Shown piece after piece: positions 42,501-51,322 of a DNA stretch of 64,000 nt. This DNA is from Candidatus Hodarchaeota archaeon (lineage in GTDB: Archaea; Asgardarchaeota; Heimdallarchaeia; Hodarchaeales; Hodarchaeaceae), in the NCBI GenBank assembly GCA_016839815.1, contig JAEOTM010000187.1:1-64000 (forward strand). The letters are read 5' to 3'. The notes under the pieces were generated by a model. It did no database searches, was not told where the DNA came from, and was given only the letters and a program-made list of their open reading frames with translations. A program made the translations under genes and the position numbers. Position 1 is the first letter of the stretch; every line of letters starts with the position of its first letter.

Positions 42501-45500
42501 TATATTCGTGTAACTCAGGTTTACGCAGTAGTTTCATATATCCCAGACTCCTCTTCTCTCGAAAATTTCCCAATATATCTTGATATCGATGATTCTGATC
42601 TTAAAACAGATGTTCAAGCTAATGGTAATGATATTTGTTTTTATGACGAATACGGCATGTTTCTTGCACATGAAATTGTTGAATTTGATCAAAATTTCAA
42701 TTCTACTCATGCTCATTTATCTGCATGGATAGAAATTCCTACTTTATCAACAGGTGGGGATTCCTATATAACAATGTATTATGGAAATTCTACCTTAAGT
42801 TCTCAAGAACGAGCATCTGAAACTTGGGAGGATTTTTTAGCAGTTTATCACTTGGAAGAGGCCCCAACAGGGCCTGTATTAGATAGTACGTCTAATAATT
42901 TAGATTTAACCTCATCAGGAACAATGACCACTGGTGATTTAGTGGTTGGCCAGATTGGTTCCTCTATTGATTTTGATGGTATTAATGATCAATTATTTAC
43001 AACCCAAGTTGTTTCCATAGGGAGTTTCACAATCTCTACTTGGGTTTATTTCGACGCAGGAGTTGGATGGAATACAATTGTAAATTTCGATCGTAGTATT
43101 TCTGATTATCGGCAATTTGCGGTTCAAGATTGGGATCCTCGTTTTGATGGTGCAGGTTATTCCTATCCTTTTGGAGGGCCTTATAGTATTTCCACTTGGT
43201 ATCATTTAGCTTTTAGTTACGATGCAAATACAACTGAATTTAACGTGTATGTAAATGGAGCTCTTTCAGGACCAACTCGCTATCTTAACATACCCGATTT
43301 AAGTGATGATTTTCAGTTGGGCGCATGGGGAACAGGTGATTGGTGGGATGGTAAACTAGATGAGATTAGGATTGCTACAGAAAAAAGATCAGAAGCATGG
43401 ATCAAAGCTGAGTTTGCTAATCAAGAAAATCCTTCAACATTTATTACTATGGGTCAAGAGGTTGAACTCCTCCCCCCGACAGTGAATTCATTTGGAGTCG
43501 ATGATCCAGGGAACGGGAATCCCACTTTTTGGGCGAATATTACTGATCATGATTCCTCTGTGTCTTTCGTATCTTTTAGAGTAAATTCCTCAGATGAGAT
43601 GATGTCTAAAAATGCCAGTGGTATCTGGACTTATCAGCTACCATCGGTAAATTATGGTGATTATTATACTTATCAAGTTACCAATGCTTCAGATCTTAAT
43701 GGAAATTATTTGTCAACAGCTTCCATCATCCGAGATGTCACATTTGACTACGATACCGTCTTACCAACTGTTTTAGATTGGGATTATGACCCCTATAAAG
43801 GCGTTAATGGAACCTTTAACGCTAATGTTTCCGATAGCTGGGGAACTGTAAATACAGTAATGGTGAATGTGACTGCACATGATAATATGGGTGATTTAAG
43901 TGGTTTGTGGGGTATAATGAGATATACTCCTGGTGGTTATGTAAATGATACAATTAAAATGCTTTCAGGAACCATTAGTTTTGTTGTTACTGTTACAGAT
44001 ATACGTGGAAATAGTTTCACGTCAACAGAACATGTATCTATCGTAATTAATCATGCACCAAGTATTGAGAACGTTTTATTATCTCGTGATATATCAAATG
44101 AGACACTCCTTCCAGTCTATAGCAATAGTACTGCGATATATTTGCATTATGATTTCAATGATGTTGATGGAGACTCACAATCAGGTACTCAGATTCGATG
44201 GTATAAATGGAATGATACTGCCTGGGTGCAACAAGGAGCATATGATGACACTACTCAAGTTCCTCGGACTGCTTTAATTAAAAACGCAATATGGAGAGTT
44301 TCAGTTAGACCAAGAGATGGAATTGACTTTGGAACAACGGTCTACTCTGATAATATAACAATTGAGAATACTGTACCTCTAATTCGAGATCCCATCCTTT
44401 CCCCAACTAATCCAAAGACAGGAAATGATCTTACTGTATCATATACGTGGATTGATGCGGATGCACTGGATACAGATCAATCACTTATTCAGTGGTACAG
44501 AGATAATGGAAGTGGTTATTACTTACTAGACAGTTATACAAATGATACTTTACTTCCCTCAAGTGTTACAATAAAAGGAGATAAGTGGAGGGTTAATGTA
44601 ACTGCAAGTGACGGGGATGGATTTGGAAATTGGATTGTAACATTGGAGATTATTATCCTAAATACAGCCCCTACTCTGGACGTAGATATTAATAATAAAA
44701 CAATTCCTTCTACTGTAGATGTCAATGACGATTTAGTTGCGAATTATACGTATTACGATGCCGATGGAGATAGCGAATCCTCGGTCGAGTATCAATGGTT
44801 GAAGTTCAATACTACAAGTAATGATTTTGAAATCTTTACGACAGGTGTAGATAATATTAGTTATACAAACACTATTGCTGGTGAACTTTGGCGTGTAGAA
44901 ATAAGAGTTAGTGATGGAACAAATACAAGTGGATGGGTTACTTCTGCAACAATGAGTATTGGAGTAGCACCAAATAATCCACCATCAGCAATCAACATAA
45001 ATCTGACACTAAGTAATGCTGTAGCAGGGGGATTTTTGTATATTAGCTACACTTTTACTGATCCTAATGGAGATAATGAAACAATTTCTCTTTACAGATG
45101 GTATCGAAATAGTGTATATCAACCCCAATTTGACGGATATCGCAATCTTACAAGTGCATCATTAGTGAAAGGAGATTCATGGTATGCTGAAGTAAGACCA
45201 AGAGATGAGCTTGATTATGGAAATTGGAGTCAGAGTACGGTTATTGTAATTGGAAACACAGTTCCGACGGTTACTTCGACAGAAATATTCCCATCTGGCG
45301 ATGCATTTACTACAAATGTCCTGGTAGCAAATTATGAAACAAGTGATGTTGATGGAGACACAATTGTCGATTACAAGATTGTATGGAATAAATATAATGG
45401 AACTTCTTACGAGATAACCTCTCTGGAGAATGAAACTGAAGTTCCTGGCTCTTCTACATCAAAAGGAGATATATGGACTTTTGAGGTTTTCATCTATGAT

Positions 45501-48500
45501 GGAACAGATTGGTCATTAGGGGTTACTTCTCTCCAGAAACAAATACGAAATTCCGAGCCAACTATCACTGATATTTCTCTTTCAGGTGGAGAAAATTCGA
45601 GTAGAAATATCACATTATCCTATAAATTCGTAGATCTTGATAATGATACTGAATCTGGTACTTCGATTACCTGGTGGATAATTTCAGGTACTGGCCCAAC
45701 TCAAATCCCAAATGATCAATTAGCGTTGATTTTTACATCCTTCGTTGCTGGAGATCTTGTATATGCAGCAATTACCCCTGATGACGGTTCTGGCTCAACT
45801 GGTCTATTTTTAACTATAGGTCTATCCAATGGCCTGATCATTGTAGGAAACAGTGCTCCCACATTGGATGACGCGCCCAATATCCTAGGACCAAATGATT
45901 CCACTTCATTTACAGCTGGATTCCCTATTTACGTAAATTATTCTGCCTCAGATCCTGATCATGGAGAAGCTGATGCGATCTATGATATTGAATTAGATGG
46001 AGATGGATATGTTGTTGGTGCAGAATACCAATGGTACAGAAATGATCTTCTTGTTGCTACATTAACGGGTCCAACAGTACCAACCGATTATCTAAGTAAA
46101 GGCGATAATTGGATGGTGAGAGTGAAACCTCGTGATCGTTATGGTTATTTTGGAGATTGGATAAATTCCTCACTAATAGTAATTGCTAACAGTAATCCTG
46201 AAATTTCAGGAGTAGAGTTTATCACCACTTATTTGACAACCATAATCGATATTCGTGTCCAATTTACTTATTCTGATATTGATGGTGATCCAATCCAAAC
46301 TGAAAATACTTCTATTCTATGGTATCGGAATGGTATCCTAATACTTGGTACAGAAAATCGAACTGTTGTTTCTAGCGAACTAATTGGGGATTCTTATCTC
46401 GTCATTATTACCTTAAACAGTATTAATTATCAGAAAAATGATAATATTTCAGTAACTGTACAGCCATTTGATGGAACTGACTGGTCCACAACAAGTTCCA
46501 CTAGTAGCGAAATTACCGTCCAGAACTCACTTCCAACGGTTTCTAATCTCAATTTGCTCCCTCATAATCGAAGTGGGACAATTATTTACACTACTGATCA
46601 AATAAATCTATCTTGGGTTTATTTTGATCATGATGGAGATAATGAGAGTTCCCCTATTATTATTTGGGAAAGAAACGATGTCATCCAAGGCTTATATAAT
46701 AACTCATGGTTTATTCCTTCAGTAGCAACAGCAAAAGATGAAAAATGGGACGTAATCATACAGACTTTCGATGGTACAAGCTACAGCGTTGGACTATCGA
46801 TAACTATAATCATTACCAATAGTATTCCCACATTAACAGATGTAATATTAGAGAATAATGAAGGTCTTACGAACATTACTTATGCCGATAATGGAATTTC
46901 AATTGACTATATATACACTGATGCTGATTTTGACTCTGTTGATGAAAATTCGGGTTTCATTCAGTGGTATCGTAATGGTGTACATGTTTCTGTGTTAGAC
47001 AACCAAACGAGTATTTCTGGTAGTGAGCTGGTTAAGGGTGATAATTGGTATGCAGTTGTGCAAATACTAGATCGGGGTGGAGTAGTTTGGTCGAATAATC
47101 GTACTTCCCAGACAATATTTGTTGTCAATAAAGCACCTGAAGTCATATCTATTCTCATCTTAGAGGAATTGAATCAACTTATTGAAGATGAAAATTTGAC
47201 ATTAATTTTGACAATTACTGATCCTGATATTAATGATACTGACGCTTCTCTCATCGAATGGTTGAAAGATGGAATGATTCAACCACAATTTACTAATCAA
47301 ATAGGAATCTCTTATCTTGATACTTCACCAGGTGAAACCTGGACTATCAGAATCACACCATCGGATGGAATAGACAGCGGAGTAATTAGAAACAAATCTT
47401 ACTTTATTCAAAGTCGTCCATATATTCAAGATCTAACTACAATTGTTGAGCAAGATACTGATGGCCACTTCACTTTTGGACTTCAGGTAGTCGATGCTTT
47501 AAATGCTATTACTTCAGTCAGATATCGGGTATTTCTTAATGGTAGTGCGCTACCTGAAATTGTCGATACATTAAATTCCCCCAATGCTACTGATTTCTGG
47601 AATCTTGACTATATCTTATCGGATCCCGCGTACTATAATACTGAACTATTAATAGAAGTTTTAGCCACGTCTGTTCAGGATATTTGGGATCTTCGATTTT
47701 TCCATTTCACTATTATTGATGGAGTAGCACCTCGTATTTCAACTGCTACAAGTTTAGGAGTATGGTTTGAGAAGAATAGTGACGATCCAACTCATCTATC
47801 TTTCTTTGCTGAGATTGAAGAATATGGTGCTGGAGTTGCTAACGTCACCTTATATTATTATTACGACCCAGTTGAAGCTGGAGAAGGATCAGCATCCGTA
47901 CAAGATTTTACGTCCATTCTTATGACTTTTAATAAATCAACCGGTGCTACTCTTACCTACGCAGTCACAGTTCCTTATCCTCAAGATCAAACCGATTATG
48001 AGATCTTGTACTGGGTTGCTACTCAAGATATGGATGGAAATAGTAATCCTGTGGCCTTTGATATTCGGAACTATCCTGAACGAATTAGTAATGAGAAAAT
48101 TATCCAACTCACAATGGGTGGTCTTCCAGAAGAAGTATTATTTATCGCTGGTGCAGCGGTTCTCTTGATTTTCGTCGGTGCAGTGGTATACGTTCGTTTC
48201 ATTCGCAAACCAGAGATTATTGGATTAGACAAGGAACTAGTTATGAAGGGAGTTCCAGGTGTTGGAGACGAGAAAGTTTTTGCTGACATTGACCGACATA
48301 CGTTGGGACTTGTAGTCAGCTTCTTCGATCAATTACATGGGCCAATCCCAATAATTGTCATTCCTGAAATGCTTAAGGATAATTATAGTAAGTTAGTGGC
48401 ACTTTCTGATCGTTCATTTAGTGGTACTGGATTTAGTGATGATTATACAAGCGAAGTTCATTCCTCTTATGATTTTGTTTTGGCTGAAAAACTCAGGATT

Positions 48501-48791
48501 AGTGTTATGAGTTATGGGTTCGCCTTAGATAAACCCGATGCTCGTGGTGGCCAAGAGAATCTCACATTAAACATCCTTGTTCATCAAGATATCTTTAATC
48601 TCATTGAACAGTTTAAAGACGAGATCCAAGAAAAAGTACACGAATTTCATATGACTATGGCAGGAGACTCTAGTAATAAGACATTGATTCGAGTAAAGGC
48701 GAATGAAGTTAGAAAATACGTAAGCGCAATTGTTTTGAGCTATGTTGATATTTACGGAACAACAGAGCTTATAAAAGAAGATGAAGAATAA
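39534..48791 (+). CDS. Giant single-pass surface protein: 3x (DUF2341 + LamG), Ig-like repeats, TM helix, and a cytoplasmic folliculin/SMCR8-like longin (uDENN) domain
   Basis: Signal-like N-terminus from ATG 39534 (GGAG RBS; track start 39477). ITIDS..LTNFP / WVRIP / DELRIS units x3; 11 N-x-x-P..D.DGD..W..W..DG repeats; TM at ~48135-48194; tail FFDQLHGP..ARGGQ. Confidence 0.88.
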   Translation: MRLKVLRVQHIMLLTVLMLNVFALMINFNSVLEGEVEGFTADLLRGFGVPIHNEDQSESVIPKLTTESLNKIDERNQVNSFPITTSKIVNSFSLPSWGGLGFGFRKNITIDSTKVPTDLTNFPLLIDMKDAPDIFGVTQASGKDIIFTDSSGTILDHEIELFDDDTYHLVAWVRIPSLSSSLDTRISMYYGNETIGTQQNPSGVWDNDYMAVYHLNDNPSSTIYDSTSNDNDGSSYGSVIQEEGLMGNAYYFDQQGGTNDYLQIPQSTSLNLVGNQMTLEGWVYLQFTPVLHDSMVFDKAGDFYNTDGWMMGVDGEYVSGGVGYPTRLNQRLNTQNNQAIRTDNGAIYPGQWTYLTVVYNGITTSYTGYIDASSVYNNPSISGNIRPVDMDLFIGKRDEAANRVFYGSMDELRISNTTRSTGYITTCYNNYNDPDSFYSISPQEPSFSLFEKQRTLTIDSSIVAGGSDLTNFPLLLNLYLENASQNVLFQDASTSQTLDYEIEHFDAEYNTSHGRLVVWVKIPILSSTVDTEIIMFTDSTIAPVTSNTNIWKGYRGVWHLSESVVDESSANNVYFDATGEGSLGNQHGSDDSGSSLGKGASFDGTNDYIEMGSPNILNLNDSTDSGGIDQVFTLSGWFYRDTTGTIDVIVDKSQDGTYPNILTGYMAYIDSDNRFNFRLMDDDDDGYKMISASTYTNPGWHHFAATFDTCGGGGIFTESVNWKLLIDGVDDTGTKGSWGPGGGAWEWINGYLPNDGYFTIGANSNNSNYFDGLIDEIRLIDSTLSPDWIATEYRNAYNLSSYLSISPEIESQRLWHDDSFARRKDLQIDSSGFQDANNEHHIILRPGARGTDYNQWGVSGANYRHAAVEEVIADGWTTYITHSSNNTYLREMFYAVGLPPTTPSGTITSVRIYSTARTSGVVSSYAFQHYVRVGGSNQWFGSRGLSGSWIKDYDEQTTNPVTSQPWTWQDLVDFEFGVRAQVVEGASAGYIRVTQVYAVVSYIPDSSSLENFPIYLDIDDSDLKTDVQANGNDICFYDEYGMFLAHEIVEFDQNFNSTHAHLSAWIEIPTLSTGGDSYITMYYGNSTLSSQERASETWEDFLAVYHLEEAPTGPVLDSTSNNLDLTSSGTMTTGDLVVGQIGSSIDFDGINDQLFTTQVVSIGSFTISTWVYFDAGVGWNTIVNFDRSISDYRQFAVQDWDPRFDGAGYSYPFGGPYSISTWYHLAFSYDANTTEFNVYVNGALSGPTRYLNIPDLSDDFQLGAWGTGDWWDGKLDEIRIATEKRSEAWIKAEFANQENPSTFITMGQEVELLPPTVNSFGVDDPGNGNPTFWANITDHDSSVSFVSFRVNSSDEMMSKNASGIWTYQLPSVNYGDYYTYQVTNASDLNGNYLSTASIIRDVTFDYDTVLPTVLDWDYDPYKGVNGTFNANVSDSWGTVNTVMVNVTAHDNMGDLSGLWGIMRYTPGGYVNDTIKMLSGTISFVVTVTDIRGNSFTSTEHVSIVINHAPSIENVLLSRDISNETLLPVYSNSTAIYLHYDFNDVDGDSQSGTQIRWYKWNDTAWVQQGAYDDTTQVPRTALIKNAIWRVSVRPRDGIDFGTTVYSDNITIENTVPLIRDPILSPTNPKTGNDLTVSYTWIDADALDTDQSLIQWYRDNGSGYYLLDSYTNDTLLPSSVTIKGDKWRVNVTASDGDGFGNWIVTLEIIILNTAPTLDVDINNKTIPSTVDVNDDLVANYTYYDADGDSESSVEYQWLKFNTTSNDFEIFTTGVDNISYTNTIAGELWRVEIRVSDGTNTSGWVTSATMSIGVAPNNPPSAININLTLSNAVAGGFLYISYTFTDPNGDNETISLYRWYRNSVYQPQFDGYRNLTSASLVKGDSWYAEVRPRDELDYGNWSQSTVIVIGNTVPTVTSTEIFPSGDAFTTNVLVANYETSDVDGDTIVDYKIVWNKYNGTSYEITSLENETEVPGSSTSKGDIWTFEVFIYDGTDWSLGVTSLQKQIRNSEPTITDISLSGGENSSRNITLSYKFVDLDNDTESGTSITWWIISGTGPTQIPNDQLALIFTSFVAGDLVYAAITPDDGSGSTGLFLTIGLSNGLIIVGNSAPTLDDAPNILGPNDSTSFTAGFPIYVNYSASDPDHGEADAIYDIELDGDGYVVGAEYQWYRNDLLVATLTGPTVPTDYLSKGDNWMVRVKPRDRYGYFGDWINSSLIVIANSNPEISGVEFITTYLTTIIDIRVQFTYSDIDGDPIQTENTSILWYRNGILILGTENRTVVSSELIGDSYLVIITLNSINYQKNDNISVTVQPFDGTDWSTTSSTSSEITVQNSLPTVSNLNLLPHNRSGTIIYTTDQINLSWVYFDHDGDNESSPIIIWERNDVIQGLYNNSWFIPSVATAKDEKWDVIIQTFDGTSYSVGLSITIIITNSIPTLTDVILENNEGLTNITYADNGISIDYIYTDADFDSVDENSGFIQWYRNGVHVSVLDNQTSISGSELVKGDNWYAVVQILDRGGVVWSNNRTSQTIFVVNKAPEVISILILEELNQLIEDENLTLILTITDPDINDTDASLIEWLKDGMIQPQFTNQIGISYLDTSPGETWTIRITPSDGIDSGVIRNKSYFIQSRPYIQDLTTIVEQDTDGHFTFGLQVVDALNAITSVRYRVFLNGSALPEIVDTLNSPNATDFWNLDYILSDPAYYNTELLIEVLATSVQDIWDLRFFHFTIIDGVAPRISTATSLGVWFEKNSDDPTHLSFFAEIEEYGAGVANVTLYYYYDPVEAGEGSASVQDFTSILMTFNKSTGATLTYAVTVPYPQDQTDYEILYWVATQDMDGNSNPVAFDIRNYPERISNEKIIQLTMGGLPEEVLFIAGAAVLLIFVGAVVYVRFIRKPEIIGLDKELVMKGVPGVGDEKVFADIDRHTLGLVVSFFDQLHGPIPIIVIPEMLKDNYSKLVALSDRSFSGTGFSDDYTSEVHSSYDFVLAEKLRISVMSYGFALDKPDARGGQENLTLNILVHQDIFNLIEQFKDEIQEKVHEFHMTMAGDSSNKTLIRVKANEVRKYVSAIVLSYVDIYGTTELIKEDEE
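44049..47410 (+). repeat. Eleven tandem ~100-aa Ig-like protein repeats (A9/Big-like) inside the giant ORF
   Basis: Units begin NHAP, NTVP, NTAP, NNPP, NTVP, NSEP, NSAP, NSNP, NSLP, NSIP and NKAP, each with D.D.D and two conserved Trp-bearing strands. Confidence 0.8.
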
Positions 48792-48810
48792 TTTTTTCTC
48801 TTCTTATTTT

Positions 48811-51006
48811 TTAATCACTTTCGAGTAACGATAGATAATGCATCAACTTGTCTGAGGTTTCATCATCTTCAGGGACTTTTTTGGTCTCTAAATCCACTTT
48901 TCGTGGAAATTTAGTCTCTTTACTTCTGACTAGAAATTTGATGATCATTTTGATCATTCGTGCTGCAAAATCCACAGCACCTTCAGATTCTATTGGTAAT
49001 TGCATGGCTTGGGATAACAAACCACTCAATTGAGCAGAATTAACGCTCTCAATAACGTTGACTCTGCCGATTGGATAGCCACGTTGTACAAAATTAATGA
49101 GAACACCTCTCTTTTGAGATTGTTCCACGGAAAAACCGATTTTATCGGTATCAGGGAGAATGACAAATTCTCCATTAGTTTTAATTTCCAAAGGAATGAT
49201 ATAATCAATTGTTTCCGACAAACTATCTTTCTCAGGCGTTGCAACTACAAGAGGCTGCTCTTTGAGCTTCTTGATGGATTCAAAAATTACTCTTGCCGAA
49301 AACGCCATCGAAGAGACTCCGTCTTCGAAATAACCAACATTAGCTAAATTCATTTCGTAAGCTAGAAGATACAGAATCTCATCTTGATTAATACTCATAG
49401 GGATTTGTGAAGTCCCGATTACTCCCTTCTTTCCTGATGCACCTTGTTGCAGATACAAGCTAATCTGTACATTTGAGGATTCTTCAATTGCCTCGACTTT
49501 GAAACTGATACCTCGTGCCCCAGGTAGAGTAATTGTTCCATCCACAGTCTCTGATTGTAAGGGCATTTCCATTGGAGCAACGGTGGGTTTTTTCACTTTC
49601 TCTTTCTTTTCTATCTCAGGTTCTAAGTACTTGCTTACAATTTCATCAATTGCTAATTTCGGCCTTTCAACTGCAAAGACCAAGCATTTTATGATCATCT
49701 CTTCATCTAATTCATTCTTAAGATGAGCTGAGAATATATCTAGTAATCTTTGGCCTGTTAAATTCTTGAATTTCTTTTCTCCTTGGGAAGTCCGAACAAA
49801 AGGAATATACTTTAGAAAGAACTCGGTTAGGAGGGTGACTGGTATACCAGAGGAAGCTGCAATCTTGAATAATTCACCATACCCAGATTTGACAACCTCG
49901 GTTGCTTCATCAGGTTCTATTCCACAGAAATCTACCAAATAAACAATCTGATTGACCACCTCATTAGCATCAGCGGGAGTTTCTGCCTCAACTATTTCTG
50001 TAGGTGCAACTAATCCATTTTCAGATTCGGTAATAGGAGTTGCTGGCTCTGCGTGATCGACTTGTAGCTCTTGTGTGTCTATTGGGATTGGGGAAACTTC
50101 AGTTGGTGTAATAACTGGTTCCATAATTGGTTCTGGTTTAACAGTTGAAGTTGTCTTAACTGGTGTGGGAGTAGATGCTGCTGGAGTAGTTGATATTTTA
50201 GGTTGTACAGGTGCGCCCTCTTCCCCTGCAGACTGAGTTGCTTGTTGCATGAGTGATTGCAATTTTTGTAAGACTGCAGGATCACCTGCCATTTTCGGAG
50301 CAGTAATTTGAATTTTTGAAGCAGTGGAGACTTTGGCCTTAGGTTTGGCTTTCCGAAGGGTCATTCCTTCCCTCTGAAATTCTTCAATTTCACCAATTGT
50401 TCTTCCATCAACAAAATCGCTCTGAGCAATTGTTGGAGTTGCAAGTTCAAATATACGCCCAAAAGCATCAATGACTGTTTCAGGGGTAAAGATAGATGTT
50501 CTAAAAAACCGAAGTGGCTCACTATATTCTAGTTGAAAGCTTTCTTTCAGTTGAGTGTGAACTGATTCATAATTAGGGGAATTTCGTACAAGATCATTCT
50601 TGTGTAAGAACACAAAGACCTCGGCCTCAGGAGAATAGTTAATAAGTTTCTCAATGGAGGCTTTAAAATACTGAAAAGCATTATTTCGTGTCGTTTTATT
50701 TGCTGTATCAATCAAAAAGATAAATATTTTTACATTGCTAAATACAAACGGACTAAAGGCAGTAAGAAACTTTTTCAAGAATATTTTCTGTCCACCAAGA
50801 TCCACAATTGTAATAGGTGTATCTTTTATGGTCACAGACAATCTTTCATAGTTTATAGTTGCAGAAAGCTTATCAACATCTTCTGTGCGCTGTTTTAAAA
50901 AGAAAATTCTCTTTACTGCCGTTTTTCCGGCTTCCGAGAGGCCAGCTATAAGAATTTTATGCCCCATCTTCTGAGAAATCTCTGCTTCGCTGACCCACTC
51001 TGACAT
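48811..51006 (-). CDS. Rag/Gtr-family small GTPase with a long C-terminal extension
   Basis: G1 GLSEAGKT, G2 SATI, G3 DLGGQ, G4 HKND, G5 TSI in aa 1-190; P/T/E-rich linker; duplicated C-terminal domain. Confidence 0.85.
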   Translation of the reverse strand: MSEWVSEAEISQKMGHKILIAGLSEAGKTAVKRIFFLKQRTEDVDKLSATINYERLSVTIKDTPITIVDLGGQKIFLKKFLTAFSPFVFSNVKIFIFLIDTANKTTRNNAFQYFKASIEKLINYSPEAEVFVFLHKNDLVRNSPNYESVHTQLKESFQLEYSEPLRFFRTSIFTPETVIDAFGRIFELATPTIAQSDFVDGRTIGEIEEFQREGMTLRKAKPKAKVSTASKIQITAPKMAGDPAVLQKLQSLMQQATQSAGEEGAPVQPKISTTPAASTPTPVKTTSTVKPEPIMEPVITPTEVSPIPIDTQELQVDHAEPATPITESENGLVAPTEIVEAETPADANEVVNQIVYLVDFCGIEPDEATEVVKSGYGELFKIAASSGIPVTLLTEFFLKYIPFVRTSQGEKKFKNLTGQRLLDIFSAHLKNELDEEMIIKCLVFAVERPKLAIDEIVSKYLEPEIEKKEKVKKPTVAPMEMPLQSETVDGTITLPGARGISFKVEAIEESSNVQISLYLQQGASGKKGVIGTSQIPMSINQDEILYLLAYEMNLANVGYFEDGVSSMAFSARVIFESIKKLKEQPLVVATPEKDSLSETIDYIIPLEIKTNGEFVILPDTDKIGFSVEQSQKRGVLINFVQRGYPIGRVNVIESVNSAQLSGLLSQAMQLPIESEGAVDFAARMIKMIIKFLVRSKETKFPRKVDLETKKVPEDDETSDKLMHYLSLLESD

Positions 51007-51322
51007 GACAATGACCTTATGCCATTAGTTGTGTAAAACTGCTCTAGATGTTTGTTTGAGAATGTTTCTTTTTAGGATTTCTAATTAAATTTTCAGAACA
51101 TCCTGTTCATTTGAGATTTTTATTGAGAAAGCTTCTTGAGGAGTAAGTTTTGATTATAGAATTAGTAAATTTTGGTTTAGTCTAGCTACTTTATAAAAAA
51201 GTATAAAATTAGAAAGACTAGATCAAAAAAATATATCACTAGTTTTACATTGAAGAAGTTGTAAAACAAATTTCAATTATCTACCCCAAAACAAGAGAAA
51301 AATAAAAGAGGATCCGATAACA

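Noticed and set aside
44049-47410. Possible DNA tandem repeat, CRISPR-like or DGR-type array in the giant gene
   Set aside because: The repeats are visible only at protein level. I saw no identical DNA repeats, spacers or reverse transcriptase.
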